From the IMG/VR virus record IMGVR_UViG_3300007544_000177, positions 1-36,998 of that record: 36,998 nucleotides of DNA; one strand, written 5' to 3'. Below the pieces are notes generated by a model that saw only the letters and a program-made list of their open reading frames with translations, made no database searches and had not been told where the DNA came from. A program made the translations under genes and the position numbers. Positions 18,679 through 27,968 of the stretch are shown one piece after another. This DNA comes from a virus (Duplodnaviria; Caudoviricetes). The stretch's first letter is position 1. Every line of letters begins with the position of its first letter.

Positions 18679-19851
18679 ATGAAAAAATTTTGTTTTGTTC
18701 ATCTAAAAAAAACAGATAGTTTAGAACGATATAAAATACTACCAGGTTCATTTGAATCCAATTTTAATGAACTTATTAAATCTTTTGATTTATTTACTAA
18801 ATTTGAATTGGTACAATTAGATTCAATAGATTTAAATACATCTTTATTTATTTCATTTCAATCTTTTGATTCTCCTGAAATGGGAATGCATGATTTTATA
18901 AATTCTTTTGTAAAATCAATACCATTAAAAAATGTTTTTTTTGATTTAGCAACATATGACAATCAAGAAATTAATCAAAATCATATAGACCAATTGTGTG
19001 ATTTAGTTAAGGTTGAAAATTATGTAATATCTAAAAATTTAGTAAAAAATAGAGATAACCAATTGTGGTTTGAAGAGTTAATGTTTCATTACATCCAACC
19101 AACTAGTATAATTCCTCAAAACATTCTAGCTTTTAAAAAAGTAGAAATGGCCTCTAATAAAGTTTTAAGGAAATTTAAAGGTATGTTTTATGCCGGTCAT
19201 ACCAGAATACATAAATTACAATTTTTAGAATTTTTATATGAGAACGATTATATAAAAGATTTTATATGGGCATCAACCGGTCCTGATTACGAACCATCTT
19301 TATTTGATGATTTCATACCGGTTGCATTTAGAGAGGAATATGCTAATATGAAAATATTAAAAGAATTACCTCATTTAAATGATTATGAAAATTACGAAAA
19401 ATATAGAGAAAGAAACAATGCTTATAATTTTGTTTCATATTTAGATTCTTATTTTGATATTGTAGCAGAAACTAGATTCTACCATACCCAACGTTCAAGA
19501 GGAACATCCGATACTTTTTTAAATTGGAATAACATTTCAGAAAAAACAATGAAACCAACTTTGATGGGCCATCCATTTATTATGATTTCAAAAGTTAATA
19601 CAATATCAATGTTAGAAAATATGGGATTAAAATATAGGTATGATTTTTGGAACCACTCATATAATGATATAGAAAACGATTTGGAAAGAATGGATGGTGT
19701 TAAAAATTTTACTAAAAAAGTAATGTCTCTATCAAAAAGAGAATTAAAACAATTTAAGGAAGATTATAATAATTATTCAAAAGATAATTTCAATATTTTA
19801 ACAAATGAAATATATCCAAATTCAATAAAAAAAATATACGAAACTGCATAA
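18679..19851 (+). CDS. Putative glycosyltransferase, GT10-like C-terminal motif
   Basis: YLDSYFDIVAET...ISEKTMKPTLMGHPFIMI; paralogue of 12520 and 20928. Confidence 0.5.
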   Translation: MKKFCFVHLKKTDSLERYKILPGSFESNFNELIKSFDLFTKFELVQLDSIDLNTSLFISFQSFDSPEMGMHDFINSFVKSIPLKNVFFDLATYDNQEINQNHIDQLCDLVKVENYVISKNLVKNRDNQLWFEELMFHYIQPTSIIPQNILAFKKVEMASNKVLRKFKGMFYAGHTRIHKLQFLEFLYENDYIKDFIWASTGPDYEPSLFDDFIPVAFREEYANMKILKELPHLNDYENYEKYRERNNAYNFVSYLDSYFDIVAETRFYHTQRSRGTSDTFLNWNNISEKTMKPTLMGHPFIMISKVNTISMLENMGLKYRYDFWNHSYNDIENDLERMDGVKNFTKKVMSLSKRELKQFKEDYNNYSKDNFNILTNEIYPNSIKKIYETA

Positions 19852-19854
19852 TAA

Positions 19855-20916
19855 ATGAAATATTTAATAACAAGTGGATGTTCTTTTACACGTCAAGAAT
19901 GGAGATGTAATACCGAAGGTAATTGTTTTGATTTTGAAAATGATTTTATAGAGATGTGGAGATGGCCACATTGGATAAAAGATTTATATGATGTAAATGT
20001 TTTAAATTATGGAAGTGCTACAAATGATAATCACACAATAGCAAATTCTATAATATACGGAATTGAAAAATTATTAAAAAAAGGAGTATTACCACAGGAT
20101 ATTTCAGTAATTGCACAATGGTCAAATTTTTCAAGACAATCTTTTTTTATATCAAAAGAAAAAATGGATGAATTTGGAATAGAGTTAGAAGGATTGGCAC
20201 ACACATCCGATTGGATTGAAGAAAAATCTTACAATGGCCAGCATGGATATTGGTTTTTAACAGGAGGATATGGTGTAGGACATGTTGATAATAAAATAAA
20301 AGAATTTTTACCATATTTTGTAAAATACATTTTATCAAATGATAATTGTCTAATATACCACTTTGAAGCAATACTAAAACTTCAAAATTATTTAAAATTA
20401 AAAGGAATAGAATATATGACTTTTGATATTCAAAATAATTTTTCTAAAAGTTATACAAAAGATTTTGGAATGGGATTTCCTAATTATAGAGAAACCGATA
20501 AAGATAAATTTTCAGAAGCTATATTAGATAGAAAATATATACCAAATACTTGGAATATGGATAATATATATGATTATTCCGATACTCAATATGTTAAAAA
20601 TTTAATAGATATGGTGGATTGGTCAAATCATTGGTTTTACGAAGAAGATAATATTACAAAACATGGTGGCATAACAGAGTGGGCAATTAGACATTGGAAT
20701 GTTGAAAATATAAAAACATATCCAAATAGAAATAAAACGGATTGGAATGAACTAGCCGACATACTATTTATGGAACATCATGATAAAACATTAGAAGAAA
20801 TAAAACATATAATGGATAACCAGTGGTTTTTAGGACATGTATCTTCTAAATTAAATAAAAAATTTGTTGAAGAAATCCTTTCTGGATTTTTATCAAAATA
20901 TAAATTAAAAAAATAA
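19855..20916 (+). CDS. SGNH/GDSL-like protein
   Basis: ITSGCSFT, NYGSATNDNHTI, VIAQWS..SR, GGITEWAIR, GHVS; paralogue of 14794. Confidence 0.6.
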   Translation: MKYLITSGCSFTRQEWRCNTEGNCFDFENDFIEMWRWPHWIKDLYDVNVLNYGSATNDNHTIANSIIYGIEKLLKKGVLPQDISVIAQWSNFSRQSFFISKEKMDEFGIELEGLAHTSDWIEEKSYNGQHGYWFLTGGYGVGHVDNKIKEFLPYFVKYILSNDNCLIYHFEAILKLQNYLKLKGIEYMTFDIQNNFSKSYTKDFGMGFPNYRETDKDKFSEAILDRKYIPNTWNMDNIYDYSDTQYVKNLIDMVDWSNHWFYEEDNITKHGGITEWAIRHWNVENIKTYPNRNKTDWNELADILFMEHHDKTLEEIKHIMDNQWFLGHVSSKLNKKFVEEILSGFLSKYKLKK

Positions 20917-20927
20917 ATTACTATAAA

Positions 20928-22349
20928 ATGTTAGAACAATTGATATTTGGGTATGATATAATGTCTCATAATGGTGAACAACCAAATTGTTTAAATCCTA
21001 AATTTTTAGGTTCAATTGCGAGAGCTTCTGATTTTAAATTTGACCAATCAGGCCCATATTTTAGACAAAGATGGGGAGATGACTGGGCAGTATATAATAG
21101 TAATTATTTATCGGAATACAGTAATAGAAAATCCATATTTGAAATAATAAAAGATAGAGAAAAAAAAGGAATAAGAAAAGAATGGTTTTATATTATAGAA
21201 CCATTTGGTAATTTTGAAAAGTTTTTTGGAATAGGAAGTTCAATACATTCCGAATTGGCATTAGAATTTATTTCTAAAACCGCAATTGAAGAAATTAAAA
21301 ATTACGATGGTAATTTAGTTATAAGTTATTTTATAGATGGAGGATTGGGTGTTAATAAAGAAAATTTTGAAAAAATATTTAATTTTATTGACAAAAATGA
21401 AATACCAAATGAAAAGGTATACTTTATATTTCAAGATTTTAAATTGAAAAAAAATATTGAAAAATTGGGTAGAAAAGTAAAAGTACTTGATTACAACCAA
21501 GCTTTAATAGCAAAATCACAAGAATTTTTAAATACACTAACTAACCCCAATTTTTCATATTGGAATAATAACGATGAACCACAAGTAGGCAAGATGGGTT
21601 CTACTAAAAATTCAGTAGTTACCTCCGATGAGTTTATTGAATCAATTGGTAAAGATAAGAAAGATTTTTTATTTCTTTGTAGACATTGGAAACCACATAG
21701 AATAAAAGTATTATATGATTTGTGGAAAGCGGGTTTAGATAACTTTTTAGTTTCTTGGGATAAAAAGTTTTATTCTCAACAACTTATAGATGAACATAGG
21801 TATATGTTTGATGATGATGTGTTTATAGATTTAGTAAAAAATACTTCCAAACATTTGGATATCGATGATTTAACAAAAATAGCTGGGTATGGATTTGAAA
21901 ATAAAGATATATATTTAAATTCTTACATGAGTATTGTTACCGAATCTATATTTTTTCAAACACCACATGGGCACGAAGATAAAGAATTTGCAACAGGATA
22001 TCTTTCTGAAAAAATATGGAAACCAATCGGCCACTGCCAACCATTTATATTATTAGGCCCTGCAAAATCACTAGAATATATTCGTTCTTTGGGATTTAAA
22101 ACATTTGATGGATTTATTGATGAAAGTTATGATATGGAAACAAAAGATTCAAATAGAATGTATAAAGCAATACATGAAATAATGAAATTTCACAATAAAT
22201 CAAAAGAAGAAAAAGATGAATTTTTAAGAAATGTGAAAGAAATATGTGTATATAATCAAGAACATTTCCTTTCTTTTTCAAAAAATCATAAATTCGAACA
22301 ATCAAAAATGATTAACTTTTTGTTACAAAATCAGAATACTTTGATTTAA
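20928..22349 (+). CDS. Putative glycosyltransferase, GT10-like C-terminal motif
   Basis: FLFLCRHWKPHR; YLNSYMSIVTES...YLSEKIWKPIGHCQPFILLG...GFKTFDGFIDESYD. Confidence 0.5.
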   Translation: MLEQLIFGYDIMSHNGEQPNCLNPKFLGSIARASDFKFDQSGPYFRQRWGDDWAVYNSNYLSEYSNRKSIFEIIKDREKKGIRKEWFYIIEPFGNFEKFFGIGSSIHSELALEFISKTAIEEIKNYDGNLVISYFIDGGLGVNKENFEKIFNFIDKNEIPNEKVYFIFQDFKLKKNIEKLGRKVKVLDYNQALIAKSQEFLNTLTNPNFSYWNNNDEPQVGKMGSTKNSVVTSDEFIESIGKDKKDFLFLCRHWKPHRIKVLYDLWKAGLDNFLVSWDKKFYSQQLIDEHRYMFDDDVFIDLVKNTSKHLDIDDLTKIAGYGFENKDIYLNSYMSIVTESIFFQTPHGHEDKEFATGYLSEKIWKPIGHCQPFILLGPAKSLEYIRSLGFKTFDGFIDESYDMETKDSNRMYKAIHEIMKFHNKSKEEKDEFLRNVKEICVYNQEHFLSFSKNHKFEQSKMINFLLQNQNTLI

Positions 22350-22350
22350 T

Positions 22351-22360
22351 TATATTTATA
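22351..22360 (+). promoter_or_regulatory. Putative late-promoter motif TATATTTATA
   Basis: The same 10-mer lies in the intergenic gaps at 22351, 29579 and 32587. Confidence 0.55.
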
Positions 22361-22363
22361 CAC

Positions 22364-25300
22364 ATGAATTTATTATTAGAAGTAGATAAACCAAAAGTTA
22401 CACAATCAATCGTTGTTTATGGTGGTCGTTTTCAACCATTTCATAAAGGACATTACGCAGCATACCAAAATTTAGTATCAGAATTTGGTAAGGCAAATGT
22501 ATATATTGGAACTTCTAATGATACAAGTTCGGATAAATCTCCGTTTACATTTAAAGAGAAAAAAGAAATTGCAACTAAGATGTTTGGTATACCAGCATCT
22601 AAATTTGTCAAAGTAAACAACCCTTACAGACCCGTAGAGATACTTTCTAAATACGATGGTAAGATTACTCAATACATTGCAGCAGTTGGAGAAAAGGACG
22701 CCAGTAGATTAAAGAGTGGATATTTCAAACCATACAAAGGCAAAGCCGGATATGGTTATGATGAGGTTGGTTATTACTATACAATACCCGCAGAAGCAAA
22801 TCCAATAAGTGGAACTGATGTAAGAAAAAAATTAGGAAGTTCAAATAAAGAGGTAGCAAAAAAGTTTTTTCTTAAAGCATATCCATCATTTGATAACGAT
22901 ATTTTTAAAATGATAACAACAAAATTAAATGAAGGGTTTCCAGGTGGAATTGGAGTAGGATTAGATTTACCGGGAGGATATATCAACGGAGCACCAACAG
23001 GTTCAGTAAAAGAAAGTAATAATACAAAACCTTCTTATGAAATGAGACCAGAACCACATCCTACAAGACATGAAAAAGAACACCCGTCAGATGAACCATA
23101 CGACCCAATTAGTGAAATAATTAATAAAGTTGTTACCGAAGAAGCTTTTCAATTGTGGGTAGAGGGTTATTTTGATGAAGATACAAATAAAGCTTTGGAT
23201 GTTGACATTTCTTATACCAATAGCAAGGGTGAGTTAAAAAAAATAAAAGCTAGAAATGCTTTAAGATTGCCAAAAGAACACCCTGCACATATTCAAGCTT
23301 CAAAAATAACAGGACCAGATGATGCTCCTGCTAATGAACCAAAAGCAAAAGAACAACCTGGAAAAGCAGCAACTCAATCGGATAAACCGGCAGAACCAGG
23401 CCAACCAACAAAAAAAGACCAAACCGCACAAGGTAAAGCCGATAAAGAAACGGGAAAAGAACCTGCAGGAAAACCTGGAGAAAAACAAGGGCCTCCACCG
23501 GAACAAAAATTGGGTGGAACCGATTTAAAATCATCTGCAGAAAAAAGAGCTGATGGTGAAACTTCCGAACAATCTCCTGAAGAAAAGGCAACCAAAGAAA
23601 AATTGGATAAAGTAATATCCGAAATGTCTGAACAAGACCAAACGGAAGTAAAAGATGTAAACGATACAAACTCACCGGTAAGACAGGAAATGAACAAAAA
23701 AGCCGATAGTTGGTGGAGTAATTTTAAAAAAAATACTACGGTTGGTAGATTTTTAGAAAAAAAAGGAGAACAATATAAAAATACCGGCAAAGCTATTAAT
23801 AATTTAATGAATGGTAGACGTATGGGTTCTATTGTAGACCCAGAATCTGGAAATCATTTTCATTATAGTCAAGTTCAAGAAAAAGATGAAAATGGTAAAC
23901 CTGCCTATAACGAAAAGCCTGTTTATAAGACGGGTAAAAAGGTAAATCCAGAAGATGTATATGGTGGACGAAATACAACATTTACTGCAAATGATTACGA
24001 TAAAGAATCTGGATATTTTAAAAAGGGTGATAAACATTATGATGCGGATGGTAATCCAGTTGATGTAAAATCAGGAAACCAATTAGACAAAGATGGTAAA
24101 CCTATACAAGATAAAGAATGGTACGGAAAACCCAAAACTACAAAAGAACCAATAATTATGGATTTGAGTAGTTTGTCTCCGGATGCGAAATCCCACATCG
24201 AACATTTAGTACATGAATCACAACACGCTGAACATAAACAAAAACATTCATTATTACATACTGGAATAGAAGTTGGGTTCTTAATAGGTGGTGTAGCATT
24301 GGCAGGTGGCCTAGCTGCAGGTGCCGGAACGGTTGGTAAAACGATAGCAAAAGATTTGGGTAAACATGCAACATTGGAGGTATTGGGATTAGAAAACCCC
24401 GCTGCAGCCGGTGGTATTGGTATGGCCGCTGCTCAATTATCAGGCCACATATTAGAAGGATTATATTTAAATGAAAATTCTAATGAAATAGATAATCATA
24501 GATTGTTTTCAAATATAATGGAAGCATCTTTACAAAAAGTTAAAAACTACAAATTATCTGATAAACAATTATTGGAAACATTAGAAAAATATCAAAAAGA
24601 TAAACCAAAACAAGATTTAGCAAATTTACTAAAAGAAAATATTTCTGAATCAAAAGAAAACTCAATAAATCATTTTGTAGAGTATGCAACTAAAAAATTA
24701 AAGTTAAGTGAAAGACCAAAAATAACTTTACTAAGTGGTAGAGAATATTCAGAAGCAAAAACCAGTTTAGGTGGATATAACCCAATGTCAAAAGAAATAT
24801 ATGTTGCAATAGAAGGTAGATTAACTGCGGACATACTTAGAACTCTTGCACATGAGATGGTTCATAGAAAACAAGATGAGTTGGGTTTAGTAAAAGATGA
24901 AATCAAGGATGGTGCAACAGGTTCTCCAATAGAAAACCAAGCACATGCAGTTGCCGGTATCTTAATGAGAAATTATGGTAAAATAAATAAACAAATATAT
25001 AACGAAAGTATTAATATAGATGTTGATAAGGGTGATACTGTTTTGATGGGAAAATTCAAAAACAAAAAAGTTGTTGTAAAAGATATTGGAAAGGATGACT
25101 ACGGAATGCCAACAATAAATGGTAAAAAAGCAGCAACATTTAGATTAGGTGATAAAGGACAAAACATATTTAAAAAAGATGAAATAGATGAAATGAAATC
25201 TACGGATGTCCATTTTATGAATATGATAAAACTATATAGAGATTCAACATTCAGAAAAAGAATCAACGCATACCTTTTTGGTAATCCTAATAAAACCAAT

Positions 25301-26599
25301 CCAACTGCAGTAGCAAAAGCACTTCGTAATATGGGATATGATGAAATAACCCAAATGGAAAAAGAGTTAAATATTAAACCAGATTTGAATGAATCATTAT
25401 TATTAGAAGGTGGAGCATATGGACATATGTCACACCCATTTGATGATATGGATTTAACATTTGGTGATTTGAAAGATATTATTTCAAAAGCACTTAATGG
25501 GGATTTGGGTGTGGTTAGAGAAAAAACCGATGGACAAGCTTTGGCAATTAGTTGGAAAAATGGTAGATTAATAGCAGCTAGAAATAAAGGTAATTTAGCA
25601 AACGCAGGAGCAAATGCAATGGGAATAGAAGATGTTGCATCAAAGTTCGGTGGTAGAGGTGGTTTAACCGACGCATACAATTTTGCAATGAGAGATTTAT
25701 CTGCAGCAATAAGTGGTTTATCCGACGCACAGAGAAAAAAGATATTCAACGAAGGAAAGTGTTTTATGAATTTGGAAGTAATATGGCCTACATCGGTTAA
25801 TGTTATTCCTTATGGTCAAGCTCTTTTAGTTTTTCATAATACAACTTGTTATGATGAAAAGGGTGTAGCAATTGGAGCAGATGGTGGAGCAGCGGGAACT
25901 TTGGCAGGAATGATTAAACAAATAAACGCAGATGTGCAATCTAGATACACAATACAAGGGCCCCCGATAACCGAAATACCAAAATCGGAAGATTTGAGTT
26001 CTAAACAAGGTAAATATCTTTCAAAACTTTCAAAATTACAATCTCAATTTGGATTAAAAGATTCGGACAATGTTGCAAATTATCATCAAGCTTGGTGGGA
26101 AAACTTTATAAATAAAAATGCTCCAATTAAAGTAGATAAATTAACAAAAGAAGCTTTAGTAAGAAGATGGGCATTTGGTGATAAAGGGTTTAGATTAAAT
26201 ACAATCTCAAATTTAGAATTACAAGAGTGGGCAATTGACCACGATAAAGTAAATGTTGCAAAACAACAAAAGGATAATATTAAACCATTTGAAGAAATAT
26301 TCTTAGGAGTGGGTGCAGATGTATTAGAATTTGTTGGAAGTGTATTAACTATACATCCTGAAAAAGCAATTCGTTCAATGAAACAAAAATTCAAACAAGT
26401 TGCATCACAAGTTAAAAATGGTGGAAGTCCTGCACAAATACAAAAATTAAAATCAGAATTAGAAAGATTAAATCAACTAGGTGGTATTGAAAAAATAGTT
26501 GCAAATGAGGGTTTGGTATTCTTTTATAATGGTAAAACATATAAACTTACAGGTACATTTGCACCATTAAATCAGATACTTGGCATTTTTTACTCTTAA
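22364..26599 (+). CDS. 1411-aa multidomain protein: HxGH nucleotidyltransferase + low-complexity linker + hydrophobic Gly/Ala segment + HExxH metallopeptidase-like + KxDG ligase-fold domain
   Basis: GGRFQPFHKGH...ISGTDVRK; LAHEMVH...E..A; REKTDG...RNK...LEVI...LVFH...EGLVF...YKL. Confidence 0.75.
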   Translation: MNLLLEVDKPKVTQSIVVYGGRFQPFHKGHYAAYQNLVSEFGKANVYIGTSNDTSSDKSPFTFKEKKEIATKMFGIPASKFVKVNNPYRPVEILSKYDGKITQYIAAVGEKDASRLKSGYFKPYKGKAGYGYDEVGYYYTIPAEANPISGTDVRKKLGSSNKEVAKKFFLKAYPSFDNDIFKMITTKLNEGFPGGIGVGLDLPGGYINGAPTGSVKESNNTKPSYEMRPEPHPTRHEKEHPSDEPYDPISEIINKVVTEEAFQLWVEGYFDEDTNKALDVDISYTNSKGELKKIKARNALRLPKEHPAHIQASKITGPDDAPANEPKAKEQPGKAATQSDKPAEPGQPTKKDQTAQGKADKETGKEPAGKPGEKQGPPPEQKLGGTDLKSSAEKRADGETSEQSPEEKATKEKLDKVISEMSEQDQTEVKDVNDTNSPVRQEMNKKADSWWSNFKKNTTVGRFLEKKGEQYKNTGKAINNLMNGRRMGSIVDPESGNHFHYSQVQEKDENGKPAYNEKPVYKTGKKVNPEDVYGGRNTTFTANDYDKESGYFKKGDKHYDADGNPVDVKSGNQLDKDGKPIQDKEWYGKPKTTKEPIIMDLSSLSPDAKSHIEHLVHESQHAEHKQKHSLLHTGIEVGFLIGGVALAGGLAAGAGTVGKTIAKDLGKHATLEVLGLENPAAAGGIGMAAAQLSGHILEGLYLNENSNEIDNHRLFSNIMEASLQKVKNYKLSDKQLLETLEKYQKDKPKQDLANLLKENISESKENSINHFVEYATKKLKLSERPKITLLSGREYSEAKTSLGGYNPMSKEIYVAIEGRLTADILRTLAHEMVHRKQDELGLVKDEIKDGATGSPIENQAHAVAGILMRNYGKINKQIYNESINIDVDKGDTVLMGKFKNKKVVVKDIGKDDYGMPTINGKKAATFRLGDKGQNIFKKDEIDEMKSTDVHFMNMIKLYRDSTFRKRINAYLFGNPNKTNPTAVAKALRNMGYDEITQMEKELNIKPDLNESLLLEGGAYGHMSHPFDDMDLTFGDLKDIISKALNGDLGVVREKTDGQALAISWKNGRLIAARNKGNLANAGANAMGIEDVASKFGGRGGLTDAYNFAMRDLSAAISGLSDAQRKKIFNEGKCFMNLEVIWPTSVNVIPYGQALLVFHNTTCYDEKGVAIGADGGAAGTLAGMIKQINADVQSRYTIQGPPITEIPKSEDLSSKQGKYLSKLSKLQSQFGLKDSDNVANYHQAWWENFINKNAPIKVDKLTKEALVRRWAFGDKGFRLNTISNLELQEWAIDHDKVNVAKQQKDNIKPFEEIFLGVGADVLEFVGSVLTIHPEKAIRSMKQKFKQVASQVKNGGSPAQIQKLKSELERLNQLGGIEKIVANEGLVFFYNGKTYKLTGTFAPLNQILGIFYS

Positions 26600-26646
26600 T
26601 TTGATATATATTATAATAATAAACAGTTACAAAAAGGAAGATTAGT

Positions 26647-27315
26647 ATGGCAAAAAGAAAAAGTTTTGATGAAAAAAACAAAAATATTCACAAATCTCGT
26701 AAATTAATTATAGATACGGTATTTGGTAGAGAGGACACCACTCAAAAAGTTTTTGGTTATGAAAAAGAAACCGAACAAAAAAGAGAAGTTGGTGAAACGT
26801 GGGTAGATAGTGAAGGTAAAGAGTGGAGACAAGAAAAGGGATTTAAAACAGTCGTTACTGAAATGGATGATGTTAGAGATTTCTTACATAAATTAAGTCA
26901 TTGTTCTTCAGAGGATTGTAAAACGGTTCCATATAGTTGGGCAGATAAAAAGTTAATTAGTAAAACTGGAATGTGTGCAACTTGTTTGGCAAAATTTGAA
27001 ACCGGATTAAGAGCAGATGGAACATTTCCTTTTTATGAAGATTATAAAATAACAAATAATAAACTTGCATATGTAAGGGATTATAAGGCTAAAATGGAAG
27101 AGGCGTTGGGAAGTGTAAAACAACAAATGGAAATAGTTACCGAAGATGGCAAAGTTGAAAAATGGGAATGGCAAGTAGATATTGAGAAAGTAAAAACAGA
27201 TTTGAAAAAAGACATTGATGATGCATTTGAAGCCATCGAATTATTAATAGTAAGAAAAAGATTATTAGAAGAAAAATTGGTTGAGTTAAATCATCCAGAA
27301 TTAGTTAAAAAATAA
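26647..27315 (+). CDS. Hypothetical protein with possible Zn-binding Cys cluster
   Basis: HCSSEDC...CATC; preceded by an AAGGA sequence and a TATATATTAT motif (26605-26614). Confidence 0.7.
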   Translation: MAKRKSFDEKNKNIHKSRKLIIDTVFGREDTTQKVFGYEKETEQKREVGETWVDSEGKEWRQEKGFKTVVTEMDDVRDFLHKLSHCSSEDCKTVPYSWADKKLISKTGMCATCLAKFETGLRADGTFPFYEDYKITNNKLAYVRDYKAKMEEALGSVKQQMEIVTEDGKVEKWEWQVDIEKVKTDLKKDIDDAFEAIELLIVRKRLLEEKLVELNHPELVKK

Positions 27316-27320
27316 AAAGT

Positions 27321-27968
27321 ATGAAAAAATTATTAAATTTAAAAAACATTGCAATAGCATTATTAATTGTAATAGTAGTTTTCCAACAATGTGGTGGAGA
27401 CAAAACAAAAACAGGTGAAATTGTAAAAGTAGATGGTAAAAAGTATGAACTTATTAAACATGAAATTGATACAGTTGAAGTAGTTAAGACAAAGGTAGTA
27501 ACTAAAAAAGGTGAAGATATCTACCATGAAACAATTGTAGAAAAGGAAGTAATTATTCCTACAATAGTAGATACCGCAGCATTATTAAAAGATTTTTTTG
27601 CAAAAAACATTTACAAAGATACATTACAATTACCAGATAGTTTAGGAACAATTGCAATGATTGATACGATTACTCAAAATAAAATATTGGGTAGAACTTT
27701 TAATGCAAGTGTTAAACAAAGAACTATCAAAGAAACTATGATTGTTAAAGAATTACCAAAAACACAAGTATATTATGGTTTAACTGGTGGATTTAATAAA
27801 GCAGATGTAGTTTCAAATCTTGGTGCAGGATTACTTATAAAAACTAAAAAAGACAAAATCTATAATTTAGGTATTGGTGTTGCTAATAGAGTATCCGATG
27901 GAACCAACGGAACATTGTCTCCATATATTGGTGGTGGTGTTTATTGGAAGATTAAATTCAAAAAATAA
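27321..27968 (+). CDS. Membrane-anchored/exported protein, possible spanin-like lysis protein
   Basis: Basic N-terminus + hydrophobic IAIALLIVIVVF + QQC; C-terminal amphipathic beta strands ending YIGGGVYWKIKFKK. Confidence 0.5.
   Translation: MKKLLNLKNIAIALLIVIVVFQQCGGDKTKTGEIVKVDGKKYELIKHEIDTVEVVKTKVVTKKGEDIYHETIVEKEVIIPTIVDTAALLKDFFAKNIYKDTLQLPDSLGTIAMIDTITQNKILGRTFNASVKQRTIKETMIVKELPKTQVYYGLTGGFNKADVVSNLGAGLLIKTKKDKIYNLGIGVANRVSDGTNGTLSPYIGGGVYWKIKFKK

Noticed and set aside
153-22349. Interpretation as a bacterial O-antigen or capsule locus beside a prophage
   Set aside because: No flippase, polymerase, integrase or att-like junction seen; gene packing and strand continue seamlessly into the head module. 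Not fully excludable without flanking sequence.
23300-23620. Repetitive-looking Pro/Lys/Glu/Gly stretch in the 1411-aa gene
   Set aside because: Low-complexity protein linker; no exact DNA tandem repeat unit found.
25099-25749. 216-aa minus-strand ORF, and the other minus-strand ORFs in the track (e.g. 4759..5199, 15714..16214, 23374..23790, 32132..32578)
   Set aside because: All lie opposite well-supported + strand genes, have Phe/Ser/Ile-rich antisense-shadow composition and show no motifs.
26647-27315. Possible terminase small subunit, by position
   Set aside because: No recognisable TerS motif; left as hypothetical.
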